Shown here piece after piece: positions 1 through 21,281 of a stretch of DNA of 64,000 nucleotides. Each line of letters opens with the position of its first letter. The first letter of the stretch is position 1. Source of the DNA: the human T2T-CHM13v2.0 reference genome, Homo sapiens; NCBI RefSeq assembly GCF_009914755.1, contig NC_060944.1; one strand, given 5' to 3'. The notes beneath the pieces were generated by a model. It was given only the letters and a program-made list of their open reading frames with translations, was not told the DNA's origin and did not search any database. The position numbers and the translations under genes were made by a program.

Positions 1-325
<325 letters not shown>

Positions 326-1645
326 CTATTAAAACACCTAACGAAGCTTCCTATGTGACAGATTTAATTACCAAAAACTTAATCAAAAATTATTCTGTTC
401 ATTTATTCAGTAACTATTTCCTAAACATCTAATACATGCCAGGCAACCTTCCAGCGGCAAAAGAAAGGAAAGACCTTGCTCAACATAATAATGCAAGCTA
501 GTAAAAATTTCCTGATATTTGAGTTAATGAATATAAGCACTCACGCCACCAACTACATGCAAGCTGTGATAAATTACTTTAAAAGATCACCACGAGAGGG
601 CACTCCTACAATTCTTTTATGTGACTACTGTCAAGATTCCTGAACACAGAGTTGAGAGCCAGATCTGAAACCTTAACAAAAGTGAAGGAGGAAAGGAAGC
701 AATCTGACCCCAAATCCCACAGAACAAAAACATAAAATAGCAATCTCTAAGTTTCCAGAAATCTCAGTGACTCTGGGTAGCAGCAAGAGTGAGCAGGTGG
801 TAAGCTTCTCAGGAATCCAAGGCTCTGGCCCAAGCCGTCAACTCTGCACATGAGGTGACCCGGGAAGCCAGCCAGGCATCTCCCACTCCCCACGGTCTTG
901 GTACCCCTCCCCCACAACCTGCAAAAATCCACTCTCATGACAGACTAATCTGTCAGCAGGGGAGAAAAGCAACACTTCTCCCCTTTCCTGAAACAGGTGC
1001 CGGGGGAGACCTCATGACTCCTTGGGATGCAGCTCCCATCTTTTTCCCACTCAACTGTGAGCCCAAACAGCCATTCTGAATGTCCCCTGTCTCATTCCCT
1101 CCCCAAGTGCATCCCAGCCTCCACTGATGGAGGGAGAAAGGCCAGGGAGGGAATGTAGGGCCAGGTGAGAAGATTCCAGCCCTAGATCCATGTCGGTGCT
1201 CTGGACTCCAAGAGAACAGTGTAAACCTGCTCTTACCCACTGAGGGTGGAGGGGCAGGAATGAGTGTCAGAGGAATGGAGAGGAACAAACAAGCCCTCGT
1301 ACCCAGGTGGGCCACAGTAGGGAGCCCTGGCAACTACAATCCCACCTCTGGCCCATGGCAGGCAGAGAGGCATCAGCAGGGTGAGGTGAGAAATCATCAT
1401 CACTCGGCCAAAGGATGGAGCACTGAAGCTGGGTTAAGTTTAGGGTGCTAGCACATAGGAGGAGAAGGTATACATCACCTGTAACTGTAAAGAATACTTC
1501 AAAGATATTTTACAGGAATATAAGCTTCAGATAGGCTTTTTAAGAAACAAGCCATAATCAAGCACGTAAATCAAAAGAATCTGCAAAGAATCTGCTGTGG
1601 GTCAGACCTTATTTCTAAGGTAAACATTAAAAATTCTCCCTTACT

Positions 1646-1945
1646 GGGCCGGGCAAGGTGGCTCACGCCTGTAATCCCAGCACTTTGGGAGGCCGAGATG
1701 GGTGGATCACCTGAGGTTAGGAGTTCGAGACCAGCCTGACCAATATGGAGAAACCCCGTTTCTACTAAAAATACAAAATTAGCTCGGCATGGTGGCGTAT
1801 GCCTGTAATCCCAGCTACTCAGGAGGCTGAGGCAGGAGAATCGCTTGAATCTGGGAGGTGGAGGTTGCAGTGAGCCGAGAACACACCATTGCACTACAGC
1901 CTGGGCGACAAGAGTGAAACTCATCTCAGGGAAAAAAAAAAAAAA
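1646..1945 (+). mobile_element. Full-length AluS (Sp-like) fused 5' of the ARPC3 retrocopy
   Basis: GGCCGGG start, B box GTTCGAGAC at 1723-1731, dimer and A tail; Sp-type CCTGACCAATATGGAGAAACC. Confidence 0.92.
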
Positions 1946-2748
1946 GCTCTGGGTTGAAACCCGGGCGCCGCCAAGATGCCGGCTCATTACTCTTCTCTCA
2001 TGGATCCTGACACCAAACTCATCGGAAACATAGCACTGTTACCTATCAGAAGTCAATTCAAAGGACCTGCCCCCAGAGAGACAAAAGATACAGATATTGT
2101 GGATGAAGCCAACTATTACTTCAAGGCCAATGTCTTCTTCAAAAACTATGAAATTAAGAATGAAGCTGATAGGACCTTGATATATTTAACTCTCTACATT
2201 TCTGAATGTCTGAAAAAACTCCAAAAGTGCAATTCCAAAAGTCAAGGTGAGAAAGAAATGTATACACTGGGAATCATTAGTTTTCCCATTCCTGGAGAGC
2301 CTGGTTTTCCACTTCACGCAATTTATACCAAACCTGCAAACAAACAGGAAGATGAAGTGATGAGAGCCTATTTACAACAGCTAAGGCAAGAGACTGGACT
2401 GAGACTTTGTGAGGAAGTTTTCGACCCTAAGAATGATAAACCCAGCACGTGGTGGACTTGCTTTGTGAAGAGACAGTTCATGAACAAGAGTCTTTCAGGA
2501 CCTGGACAGCGAAGGGAGCCCGGGCAGCCGCCATCTCCAGAGCCCTGGGCAGCATTTTCCAGCAAGATGTACACAATCTTTTGCCTTTATTCGTAACGTT
2601 TTATATAGAAGAGAGAAGAGCATGTCTTTACTTGAAAAACTCTTGATCAAGAATTTGGGTGGGAGAAAAGAAAGTGGGTTATCAAGGGTGATGTGAAATT
2701 TTCTGCAGCATTAAGCTGGCGCTTAATAAAAATAAGTAACAAAAAAAA
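1946..2748 (+). pseudogene. ARPC3P1: Processed (intronless) ARPC3 retrocopy with open 206-aa ORF 1976-2596, antisense in STAU1 intron 6
   Basis: [21 protein letters not shown]...[11 protein letters not shown] is ARPC3 (p21-Arc) with about a dozen substitutions versus my recollection of the parent. No introns; short 5'UTR with GCCAAGATG; 3'UTR, AATAAA at 2725-2730, A-tail remnant and TSD. Confidence 0.93.
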
Positions 2749-3328
2749 TTCTCCCTTACCTCCCTCGTCCATTTGGATGAACTATATGTCTTTTAAGGCA
2801 ACATATATTAAAATGTACCTTATTTCCCACTTTGATCAGACAATTCATTGATTATTGTTTTTAGAACACAAGGTCTCAACAACAAATGAAGTTATTAAAC
2901 AGGAATTGAGGGCAGACGCTAGACAATGACAAAAACTGAGTCCTTTTCAAAATTACTCTGAAGAGACCTTTAGGGACCACAAATGCTTTTGAGACTGATC
3001 TAAGTGATGAACTAGCCCCTCCACCCTTCCCTATCCAGAAGAATACACATATGAACACTAACACAACCATCTTCAGACTGCTTCAGGAGGTCCACACACC
3101 AACTGAAGCCATCATGAACTCTCTACACATCCATGAATGCCCCTTAGTTACGGACTCCCAGAAGAAGAGAATAAACACTGCTTCACTAAATATAAAGTAT
3201 GAATCTTAAATTTGGAGGTTCACATTATGTGAAGATTATTCCAATGATATTTAGGGGAAAAAATAACTCTTATGATGAATGCTAACAGGATTTTAGAATA
3301 CAAAGTCCTACATGTAAAATTAGCTTAC

Positions 3329-3427
3329 CTCGAAATTCACAGGCAAGTTCCGTTTAAGTGCAATCTCAAACACTTGACTTATTTCAGATTTATTGAGATT
3401 TTCTTCTTCGGATTCTCTTCCATTCAC
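3329..3427 (-). CDS. STAU1: STAU1 exon 6 (99 nt; [33 protein letters not shown]), start of dsRBD3
   Basis: ttcttacag|GTGAATGGA ... TTCGAG|gtaagc; phase 0 at both ends. Confidence 0.96.
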
Positions 3428-3474
3428 CTGTAAGAATAATTGTTTAGTAGTTAGCTCTTATTAAAATAGTCAAT

Positions 3475-3810
3475 GGCCAGGTGAGTTGGTTCATGCTTGT
3501 AATCCCAGCACTTTGAAGGCTAAGGCAGGAGGATAGCTTGAGCCCAGGAGTCTGAGACCAGCCTGAGCAACATGGCAGTTTGAGACCAGCCTGAGCAACC
3601 TTGTCTCTAAAACAAAAACAAAAACAAAAACAAAAAAACAAAACTTAGGTGGATGTGGTGGTGGTACATGCCTGTAGTTCCAACTACTTGGAGGGCTGAG
3701 GCAGGAGCATTGCTTGAGCCCAGGAGATCGAGGCTGCAGTAAGCCATGATCATGCGCCACTGCACTCCAGCCTGGGTGACACAGCGAGACGCTGTCCCCC
3801 ACAAAAAAAC
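3475..3810 (+). mobile_element. AluJ with internal duplication
   Basis: Diverged Alu; TGAGACCAGCCTGAGCAAC occurs twice. Confidence 0.85.
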
Positions 3811-4146
3811 ACCCATCAACATCCTAGCTGCAATGGTAAACCTTAAAAGCACTGAGCTTTGGCTTTATGAATTTAACCACACACATACCAAGTGTCACTG
3901 AATTTAAGAGGTTAAAAAGATACATGTCCTGTCAAGTTTGAGTCAAATTGTACCTCATAAGTTCACCAAAAACAATCCGCACATAATAGACCTTTGGATA
4001 TGTGTCAGCCTGACTGTGGTTCAGCAAGATGTCACTGCTGCTCGGAACAGTGACTTCCAAAAGTCCTTCTCAAGTAGTGGGAAGCCACATTTTGGAAAAG
4101 TCAAAATACAGACAGATATATGTGGGACGTGGCAAATTCAGATTAA

Positions 4147-4488
<342 letters not shown>

Positions 4489-4512
4489 GGGAAACCACTT
4501 TAAGAGAATGCA

Positions 4513-4695
4513 GCCATGCGCATGGCAGTACACGACTATTGCCCCAGTACTCAGCAAGGTGACAGTTGAGGATCAGTTGAGCCCAATAGTTCAAGGCTAC
4601 AGTGAGCTGTGATCATGCCTGTAAACAGCCACTGAACTCCAGCATGGGCAACAAAGACTCTCTATCTCTATAATTAAAAATAAAGAAATAAATAA
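4513..4695 (+). mobile_element. FAM-like fossil Alu monomer
   Basis: Retains the 7SL-type segment GCCTGTAAACAGCCACTG that dimeric Alus lack. Confidence 0.6.
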
Positions 4696-5098
4696 GGATG
4701 CGATGAAACACATTACAAAACTGCCATGTATCTCATACTCAACGGCTGTTGGCAAAAAAATACAAGGCGCAAACTAATAAAGTCTCCTCAACAAAGGCAG
4801 AGATTCCATCTTTGGAACAAGGTTCACTTAAGAGTCGTCCAATCAGGGATGAGATTAAAGAGGAGCAAGGATCTTACTTCTGCGTGCTGATAACATGGAT
4901 TTTATACTGTGCTGTAGTGATAATAAGAGGAACTAGATAAGCTCAAAGCTTATCTAGCAAAGTCCCCCAAAACAAAAAGAGCTGTTTTTCTTCACATTAT
5001 TGCTTATTTTGTCAAAGAATTTATAAAGTCCTGCTTCTGAGATTAGAACTATCTGAAAAGGAACCCATGGCTGAAACTGCTAAATAGGCAAGGTATAG

Positions 5099-6297
<1,199 letters not shown>

Positions 6298-6427
6298 ACA
6301 CTTGTATTTTTGTTTAAATCCTAAGCAGAAAAAGGGTCTACTTTTTTATGAGTGAATCCTTAAAACTGGCAATTTGCAAGCAAGGTACCTTAAAGGCTGG
6401 AGTTCTACAGAGGTTTGGCTTGAAATT

Positions 6428-6462
6428 TACAGGTTGGTGCAAAAGTAATTACCAATCTAATA
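6428..6462. mobile_element. Collapsed MADE1 (Hsmar1-derived MITE) remnant
   Basis: TA-CAGGTTGGTGCAAAAGTAATT-ACCAATCTAA-TA: mariner TIR plus a truncated opposite TIR and TA flanks. Confidence 0.65.
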
Positions 6463-6499
6463 GTTAAATAGATATTAAACTTAAAAAAAAAATACTGTA

Positions 6500-8315
<1,816 letters not shown>

Positions 8316-8801
8316 GCAGCAACAAAAATGTTTCACACCAAATATTAAGATACCAGAAATCATCAACACAGTAACTTGTGCTAACCCCAGATTAACTCAT
8401 TTTTGTGCACAACAGAATAAAGCTTGACAGCTGTTTCCCTGAAGAGCATCCAGAGTTTTTTTTAATAGATGATCTGTTTAAAAAAAAAAAAAAAAGGTCC
8501 ACATGCTAAGAACTGTGCCAATGAGAATGCTCTTTATGAGCAGCCAGAACACAACTTGGAAATAAACTAGGTGCTCAGACTGTCGTAAGACTTTGAATGC
8601 CACGTACATGCCCCAATTTTCAATGTTTTGTTCATTGTATCAGCCCAATTAGGTTTAACTTTTATTTTTATTTACAACCTATTTCAAACATACAGAAAAG
8701 TACAGATAATAACATAACAGGCAATTTCCTGGATTTATCCAATGTCAATAGTTAAGTACTACTGACGTCGGACTGTTTTTTTCTGTTTTAAGAAAAACAA
8801 T

Positions 8802-9902
<1,101 letters not shown>

Positions 9903-10014
9903 TAACAATTTATACTAACGAAATGCTCCTTTTCTATTTTATATACATGTATCAAGGTTCCACGTAAGACTGATAGAAAACAATGGGTCTACTGCTCCGT
10001 TCTACACCCTAAGC

Positions 10015-10200
10015 CAGTGGTTCTCAACCACAGCAGCACTACAATCACTTGGGAGCTTCACAAGTTCAGATTCTGGAGCCCGCTCCAGACAACTGAACTC
10101 AAATTTTTGAGGGCATGGCCTGGATAGCAGTTTTATTTATAGTATTTGTTTATTTTTTAAATAAGTCCCCAGGTGACTGGAGTTGCGATTCACTGCTCTA
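10015..10200. mobile_element. MER5A (hAT-Charlie) DNA transposon
   Basis: CAGTGGTTCTCAA start, TTTAAATAAGTCCCCAGGTGA internal segment, CACTG end. Confidence 0.7.
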
Positions 10201-10304
10201 AGCCATTGCTTCCAGAGGAGTATCATTAGGAACAAAGCAGCCAGTAAAATAAAAATGCAAAAAAACATATTTGAAAATGAAATTATTTTGCTCTTTTACA
10301 CAAT

Positions 10305-11120
<816 letters not shown>

Positions 11121-11135
11121 TGCTCTGAACCACAC

Positions 11136-12503
11136 TTAACCCTCACAGTATGCTAGGAAAATTAGCCATCACCATTTATTATCTGGCTCCAACAGACTCT
11201 TCTGTTTTTCTATATCTAAAGTCATTTTACAAATAATTTACCAAATAAAAGGATGACAAAAGCCATTTTATTAGACATTTTAATAAGAACTTAAACACAG
11301 CAAACCCAGCTTCTTATCCCAATGTTTCTAATTTGGAAGGCATATATACCTGAAAAAAAGCAAGGTCCTCTATATGCAACTAACTGCTCATCACCTGATG
11401 CACCTGCAGCTGGGGCACAGCCCACCTGTAGCGATGTCAGATTCCAAGTCCATCTCCAACAGGTTCTAACTTAACAGGACTTCAGATTCTTCGTGTACTG
11501 GCACTGTCAAACACACTACTTTTGAAACAGACTCATAATTCTGTTGAAGAGAAAGCAGCCATTTCCTTGCTCCATTAAGTGCAAAATGCTTTCATTTTTG
11601 GATTATAAACACCAACAGAAGCATCAATCCAGTTATTTTTGTCATTTTTATATCTATTTTCTTCCAATCACCTTTGGACACACACCTCCTTGTGCATTTG
11701 TCCAGTTATTTTGTTGACAATAAGTGGTAAGAAATAAATGTTGGCGGCCAAACATAAAAGATAAAAGAATGTTGTCACACGTACTTTTTTTTTTTAAATG
11801 CAAACAGGATGGGAGAGGTTCTTGTCGAAAAATGTTGCATGATGAAGTCCTTTCTGTTGAATGACTAGATGAGAATATACCACATTTCCTTTCCATACAT
11901 CAGATAAATAATCACTAGCTGATTCTTGAGTTTGGGGAAATTCATCTATGCTAGCATCTGAAGACTCACAGTCTGCGATTTTGCTTAGACAATCTCACCA
12001 TCATCATTACAGTCTGGAGTGCTGCCATCTATCTGTCTTTTTGTGTTCATCTTCTGATTTGTTAATCATCAGAAATGTCTTCCTCTGTCAATTCTCTTCT
12101 CCTTGACATTACAGATGAAAAATAGAAAAATTCTGGATTCTCACCTGGGTTCAATGAAAGCAAAAAGGAGACTCAAAAGATGGTGTCTCTAGTCTTCTTT
12201 TTTTAACCTCTTGGAAGACAATGCAATAGCCTAGGCAAGGCCATAGGACAATAAAAGAAGGTGTCATCATGACAATTACTTCACTATTGTATATCCACCC
12301 CAGAGGCTTTATCATTCTTCCATTTTCTTATGATTTTCATCTCATCTGGCATATTTGGGAGTAGATGATGAATAGTATTGAAATAATTATGTGGAATAAC
12401 AAATAGCAAAACGTTCAAAACACAGGAAAATTAAGATCCCTAAGATCCCATCATGTAAAGACTTACAAAAGGATCCAAAAGACCCCTATGATAATTGTAA
12501 GAC
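11136..12503 (-). mobile_element. Looper, near full-length degenerate piggyBac-family DNA transposon
   Basis: TTAA-CCC terminus at 11136-11142. Minus strand encodes decayed piggyBac transposase motifs (MSRRRELTEEDI from ATG at 12109; DEQLVAYRGPC around 11390-11360). Other terminus GACCCCTATGATAATTGTAAG at ~12500. Confidence 0.82.
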
Positions 12504-12638
12504 AGAAAGAGTTTTGCACTATTTTAAAATATAAGTATACTTTCTCTCAGTTCTTTGTAATACCTCTAAAAAAGAATACAACTCATGCAATATCATTCCT
12601 TAAAGAGCTTGAAAAAGCAGCTTAAAAAATGAAAACCT

Positions 12639-14225
<1,587 letters not shown>

Positions 14226-14519
14226 AAAATACATACACACTGAAACACCAACAGGATCACACTGTATGCACAGTAACAGCTCTGCATCTTCATCCCTTTT
14301 CATGCCTGCCTATACGAGATATCTCACTCTGGTACTCAGGGGATAAACGTAGCCAAGTTTTTAACCACTTTCCTAGTAACAGACATTTAAGCTAGCCCCC
14401 GTTTTTCTCTATTACAGATACTGCAGCTATGACCATACTGCTCCTAATAGCTCAGACACTGAGTAAAACTCATACTTCATTAGCACAAACCTTAGATTAA
14501 ATAAACAAATAACCCATGC

Positions 14520-14830
14520 ACTTTCTTAACTTGGGGCCTTTGCAACTGCCACTCCCTCTCTGGGCATACACTGTCCCTGCCCTTTGCTGATCTTTAGTAT
14601 CAGCCGAAATGTCTCTTCCTCTGAAAAGACTGCTCTGAACTCACCACCATTATTCCAACCTAAATGAGATACTTTACGTTCTTCTAATCCTTGTCATTTT
14701 TCCATCCTTGCACTAAATGCACTTTTTGCTGATATTAATGTTAATGTCTGGCAGCTCCATTTGACTAAGTTCACAGGAAAAGGGATGGCGCTGACTGTTT
14801 CAACTCAGGGTCTAGCACAGCGCCTGGCAT
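14520..14830. mobile_element. L2 3' fragment
   Basis: GGGCCTTTGCAACTGCC...AAATGTCTCTTCCTCTGAAAAG...CTAGCACAGCGCCTGGCA. Confidence 0.6.
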
Positions 14831-14949
14831 GGAGGGCCCAGACTATGCCTGCCCTGTAGACAGCAAGCGCTGGCTTTACTGCATATCTTCTAGAGAAGAT
14901 GCACTGATCCACCACACAATCACATGCTCCACAAATATGCCACAGCTAA

Positions 14950-15540
14950 ACTGACAATTTGTTTAAAATGATCATTTCCAATGCTGGCAGGCTGTGGACA
15001 GACGGGCTGCTTATGGCCTGTCAGCAGGTTGTAAAATGGCACCCTCTTTCTGTGGAGAACTTGGCCATATGTACCACCATGCATACCCGCTGGTTCAGCA
15101 ATTCCACTTCTAGGACCGTGGACAAAGACTTTAACTGCAACGATGTTCTTCCCGACCCATTTTATAAGAGGGAAAATGCAAACAACCTAAATAATCAAGT
15201 CCCTGTTGGAAAATAAAGCAGTGCATTCATATAGTGGAACATTTTGTAGCCATTAGAAAGTGCTTAGGTGTGTGCTGAATTTGGGTCCTCCAAGGAATTT
15301 TAAGTAAATGACGTAACATATTCAAGATATACACATCAGTGAAAAAAGGTGGTTACTGTACACTGTCATGCCATTTTTATGAAATAGATAGGCATCTGTA
15401 TTTACTTGTATATGTGCTTGTCAGTGAATATACACCAAATGGTTACAGTGATTATCCGCAAGTGGTAAATTTATAAATCATTCATTGTTCCTTGTTTTTG
15501 AATTTAAAATTTTTTATAGTCCATATGCACTATTTTTAAG
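14950..15540 (+). mobile_element. Ancient L1ME-type fragment
   Basis: CAGCAATTCCACTTCTAGGA and AAACAACCTAAAT 3'-end motifs. Confidence 0.55.
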
Positions 15541-15658
15541 AAAAAAAAAGTTATCTTTTAAAACTGTCTCTCTTTATTCCCCTACTGCCTGCTATCAGAG
15601 AGCCTGGTAAAATCAAGGGCAGCACATTTACGAAAGAGGCCAAGTGTTTCACTTATTG

Positions 15659-16001
15659 CAGGCTGAGCATTCCTAATTCAAAAATCCAAAACCTAAAATG
15701 CTCCAAAAATCAAACTTTTTGAACACCAACACAATGCCACAAGTGGAAATTCCGTACATGACCTCATGCAACGTGTCGCAGTCAAAACAGTTTATTCAAT
15801 ACCCCCAAGAAAAAAATAAAATTACATTCAGGCTTTCTGTATAAGGTGTATACGAAACACAAATAAATTTCATGTTTAGACTTGGGTCCCATTCCCAAGA
15901 TATCCCATTACGTATGATGGAAATATTCCAAAATCAAAAAAAGCTCTGAAATCCAAAACACTTCTAGTCGCAAGCGTTTAGGGTAAGGGATATTCATCTA
16001 G
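15659..16001. mobile_element. Tigger4 (Zombi/MER46-type) MITE
   Basis: CAGGCTGAGCATTCCTAATTCAAAAATCCAAAA...AAGGGATATTCATCTAG terminal inverted repeats. Confidence 0.75.
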
Positions 16002-16396
16002 TACTTCAAATAAGTCTTTTCTGAATTAATGACTCTTCACTTCACTGGCTAAGGCCAGTCTTTAAGCCATTTCTGACAGGCACGGTCTCTACTTCCAACT
16101 CTACAGAGCTAGAAAAGGGGCATAGAGAAGAAACGCCAAAGGGCACAAGTAGATTTAAACACCACTCCCAGCAAAGCTCCTCAGAGATTTCATAGGACCC
16201 GGTGAAAACTCAGCCCAGAAGAACATGTCTACAACAGCCGCTGCCCTCAGGACTGTGCCAACCAACGCTGCTCTAGTGAGTGAAGGCGGGAGACTCAGAA
16301 ACACCAACAGGCACTTATCCTTTGTAGCAATACTGTGATCACTCTCATGGAGGACTCAAGGGGAGGAACTGCTGGGGAAGTGCTGACAGCTCTTAG

Positions 16397-16960
<564 letters not shown>

Positions 16961-17717
16961 TGCAGAAAAGCCATATAGCAGTGTCCAGCAATTGTTCATC
17001 AACTATTGGCTGGAAGGACTAGAAATACCTACTCCATCTGACTCCAATTAGATTAGCAACAGTCAAGTAAAAAGCTGAAAAGCCTCCAAAATAACTCAAA
17101 TTACACTACCTTTTTGGTGTTTTAACAAATCTCACCACTGAAAAGCTCATTCTTTTAACTTCACTAAATCCTCCTCTTTTAGTTACAGCCTCATTTTCTT
17201 TGATTTGGTCCTTAGTGAGCCCTGGAAACAGATCATCTGTTAGAATAGGTGATTATAGCGGAAAATGGAAATGCAGCGTAACAAAAGAAAAACAAATCGC
17301 TCCTGTGCGGCCAGCCATGAAGCCCAAGTTGGGTCACCCTGGGTGGCAGCTGGATACAACAGACTCAGCAGGCACCCTGCCCAAGGTCCACTCGGGTCTA
17401 CACCTCTCATCACATAGCCCACTGTTCTGTGCAGGATCCTCCTGTTCTTTGTGAACATGTTTCCTGGTGAAGAAAAGTCAAATGCTACCCAGAGATATTT
17501 TCAGGTGGCATTTCCTGTTGTGATTAAACAGAATTATGAAATCTCAATGTTTTCAATTCACTGGACTTCTTCTAGACTTTGTGACTCTATCTGTGATAAG
17601 ATTCTGCCTGGCCAAAGATATTCACTAATGCTTTGACCCCTCAATGGCATGGAGTTACTGATTCCCTAAGAATTATATTGCTATTTAGTCACAAAAATGT
17701 TAAAATCCTTTTCCTAT

Positions 17718-18656
<939 letters not shown>

Positions 18657-19077
18657 GCTTCTATATAATCAAGAGTGGCTGGTAAAAAACAGCTTCAGAA
18701 AATCCTCTAACCTGGTACCCATATATCACAGTAGATTCTGGCAAGCATAATCTTGAGCACCGAAGACTTCATCCATACATGTTCTTCACAACTCAACTGA
18801 ATCACAAACTTTCTAACGTGTTCACACCGTATCATGTCACTCAAAACCATGCTACAGACTGAAAAAGAAGGCAACTGACTTTCTTGTTAAGAAATTTTAA
18901 AAGGAAAAAAGGAGTAAAAAGCAAGAAAGCTACAGAGCATAAAATCTTGGAGGCATTCAAATAAAAATTATGGACAGCTGTCAATGTGCCTTCTTAGAAA
19001 AGATAATGTGCGGTGACATCTCCCCACTACCCTCCTACCCTGTCGAAGCGTCAGGGAGCCTGGGCTCAACTCCTCAC

Positions 19078-19243
19078 CTCCAGCCTCTCTGGCAGGGGCT
19101 CATTCTGCAGGATCCTCAACGCTTTGGCAGCAGCATCGTGTTTCGCAGCCTGTCTTGTCTTTCCTTTGCCATTAAATTGCTGTCCTCCCACAGAAAGTTC
19201 CACTTGATAAAGTAAAGGTGGAACTGGAAATGGGTAAAAGTAC
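19078..19243 (-). CDS. STAU1: STAU1 exon 5 (166 nt; [55 protein letters not shown])
   Basis: ttttatttctag|GTACTTTTAC ... CTGGAG|gtgagg; dsRBD motif [14 protein letters not shown]. Confidence 0.96.
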
Positions 19244-19688
19244 CTAGAAATAAAAGGAGGTTAGGCAAATTACAGTCTCAAGTTGATAAGTCACCTATAC
19301 ACTCTCTGGCAAATGCAAGTATTTCCTTCATCACGATCCTACTCACATTAGTGTTTGATGCTAATCACTCTTCATCAATATATCCAGAGATTTCATAAAA
19401 GCTTAAACTGGATTAGAATTGCTACACAGTATAAGCAAAGAGTGTTTAGCAATCCAAACTTACATCTCACAAAATACAATGGCTTATAAATTATGAGTTT
19501 ATCACACTAACCTGCACTGACAAAATCTAAAATGAATTAGGCTTTGGCTGAGACAAAAACTTGGCTTGCTCTGCCTTCTCAAACCTTAGCTTTAAATTTG
19601 CATGTCTCCAATAGGAGGCTGGGAATTTTAATGCACAAGTCTTTCAAAAGGACCCTCATTTCAAGAAATCCCAATAAGCTGTAGCCTA

Positions 19689-19748
19689 CCTAGCAGAACC
19701 CAGTTTCTTATCCATTTCCCTAGCAGAACCCAGTTTCTTATCCATTTC
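19689..19748 (+). repeat. Perfect 30-bp tandem duplication
   Basis: CCTAGCAGAACCCAGTTTCTTATCCATTTC twice. Confidence 0.97.
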
Positions 19749-19832
19749 ATAGCTTATATTTTTAAAATGACTATCCCCCAACAGAGAGCAGGGAAATGAA
19801 GAATTCCATTTTGCTCATCATCTATCCACTAA

Positions 19833-21281
<1,449 letters not shown>

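Noticed and set aside
11654-11896. 80-aa ORF as an active piggyBac transposase or domesticated PGBD gene
   Set aside because: Fragment of a heavily frameshifted Looper; the ORF from the native ATG stops after 15 codons.
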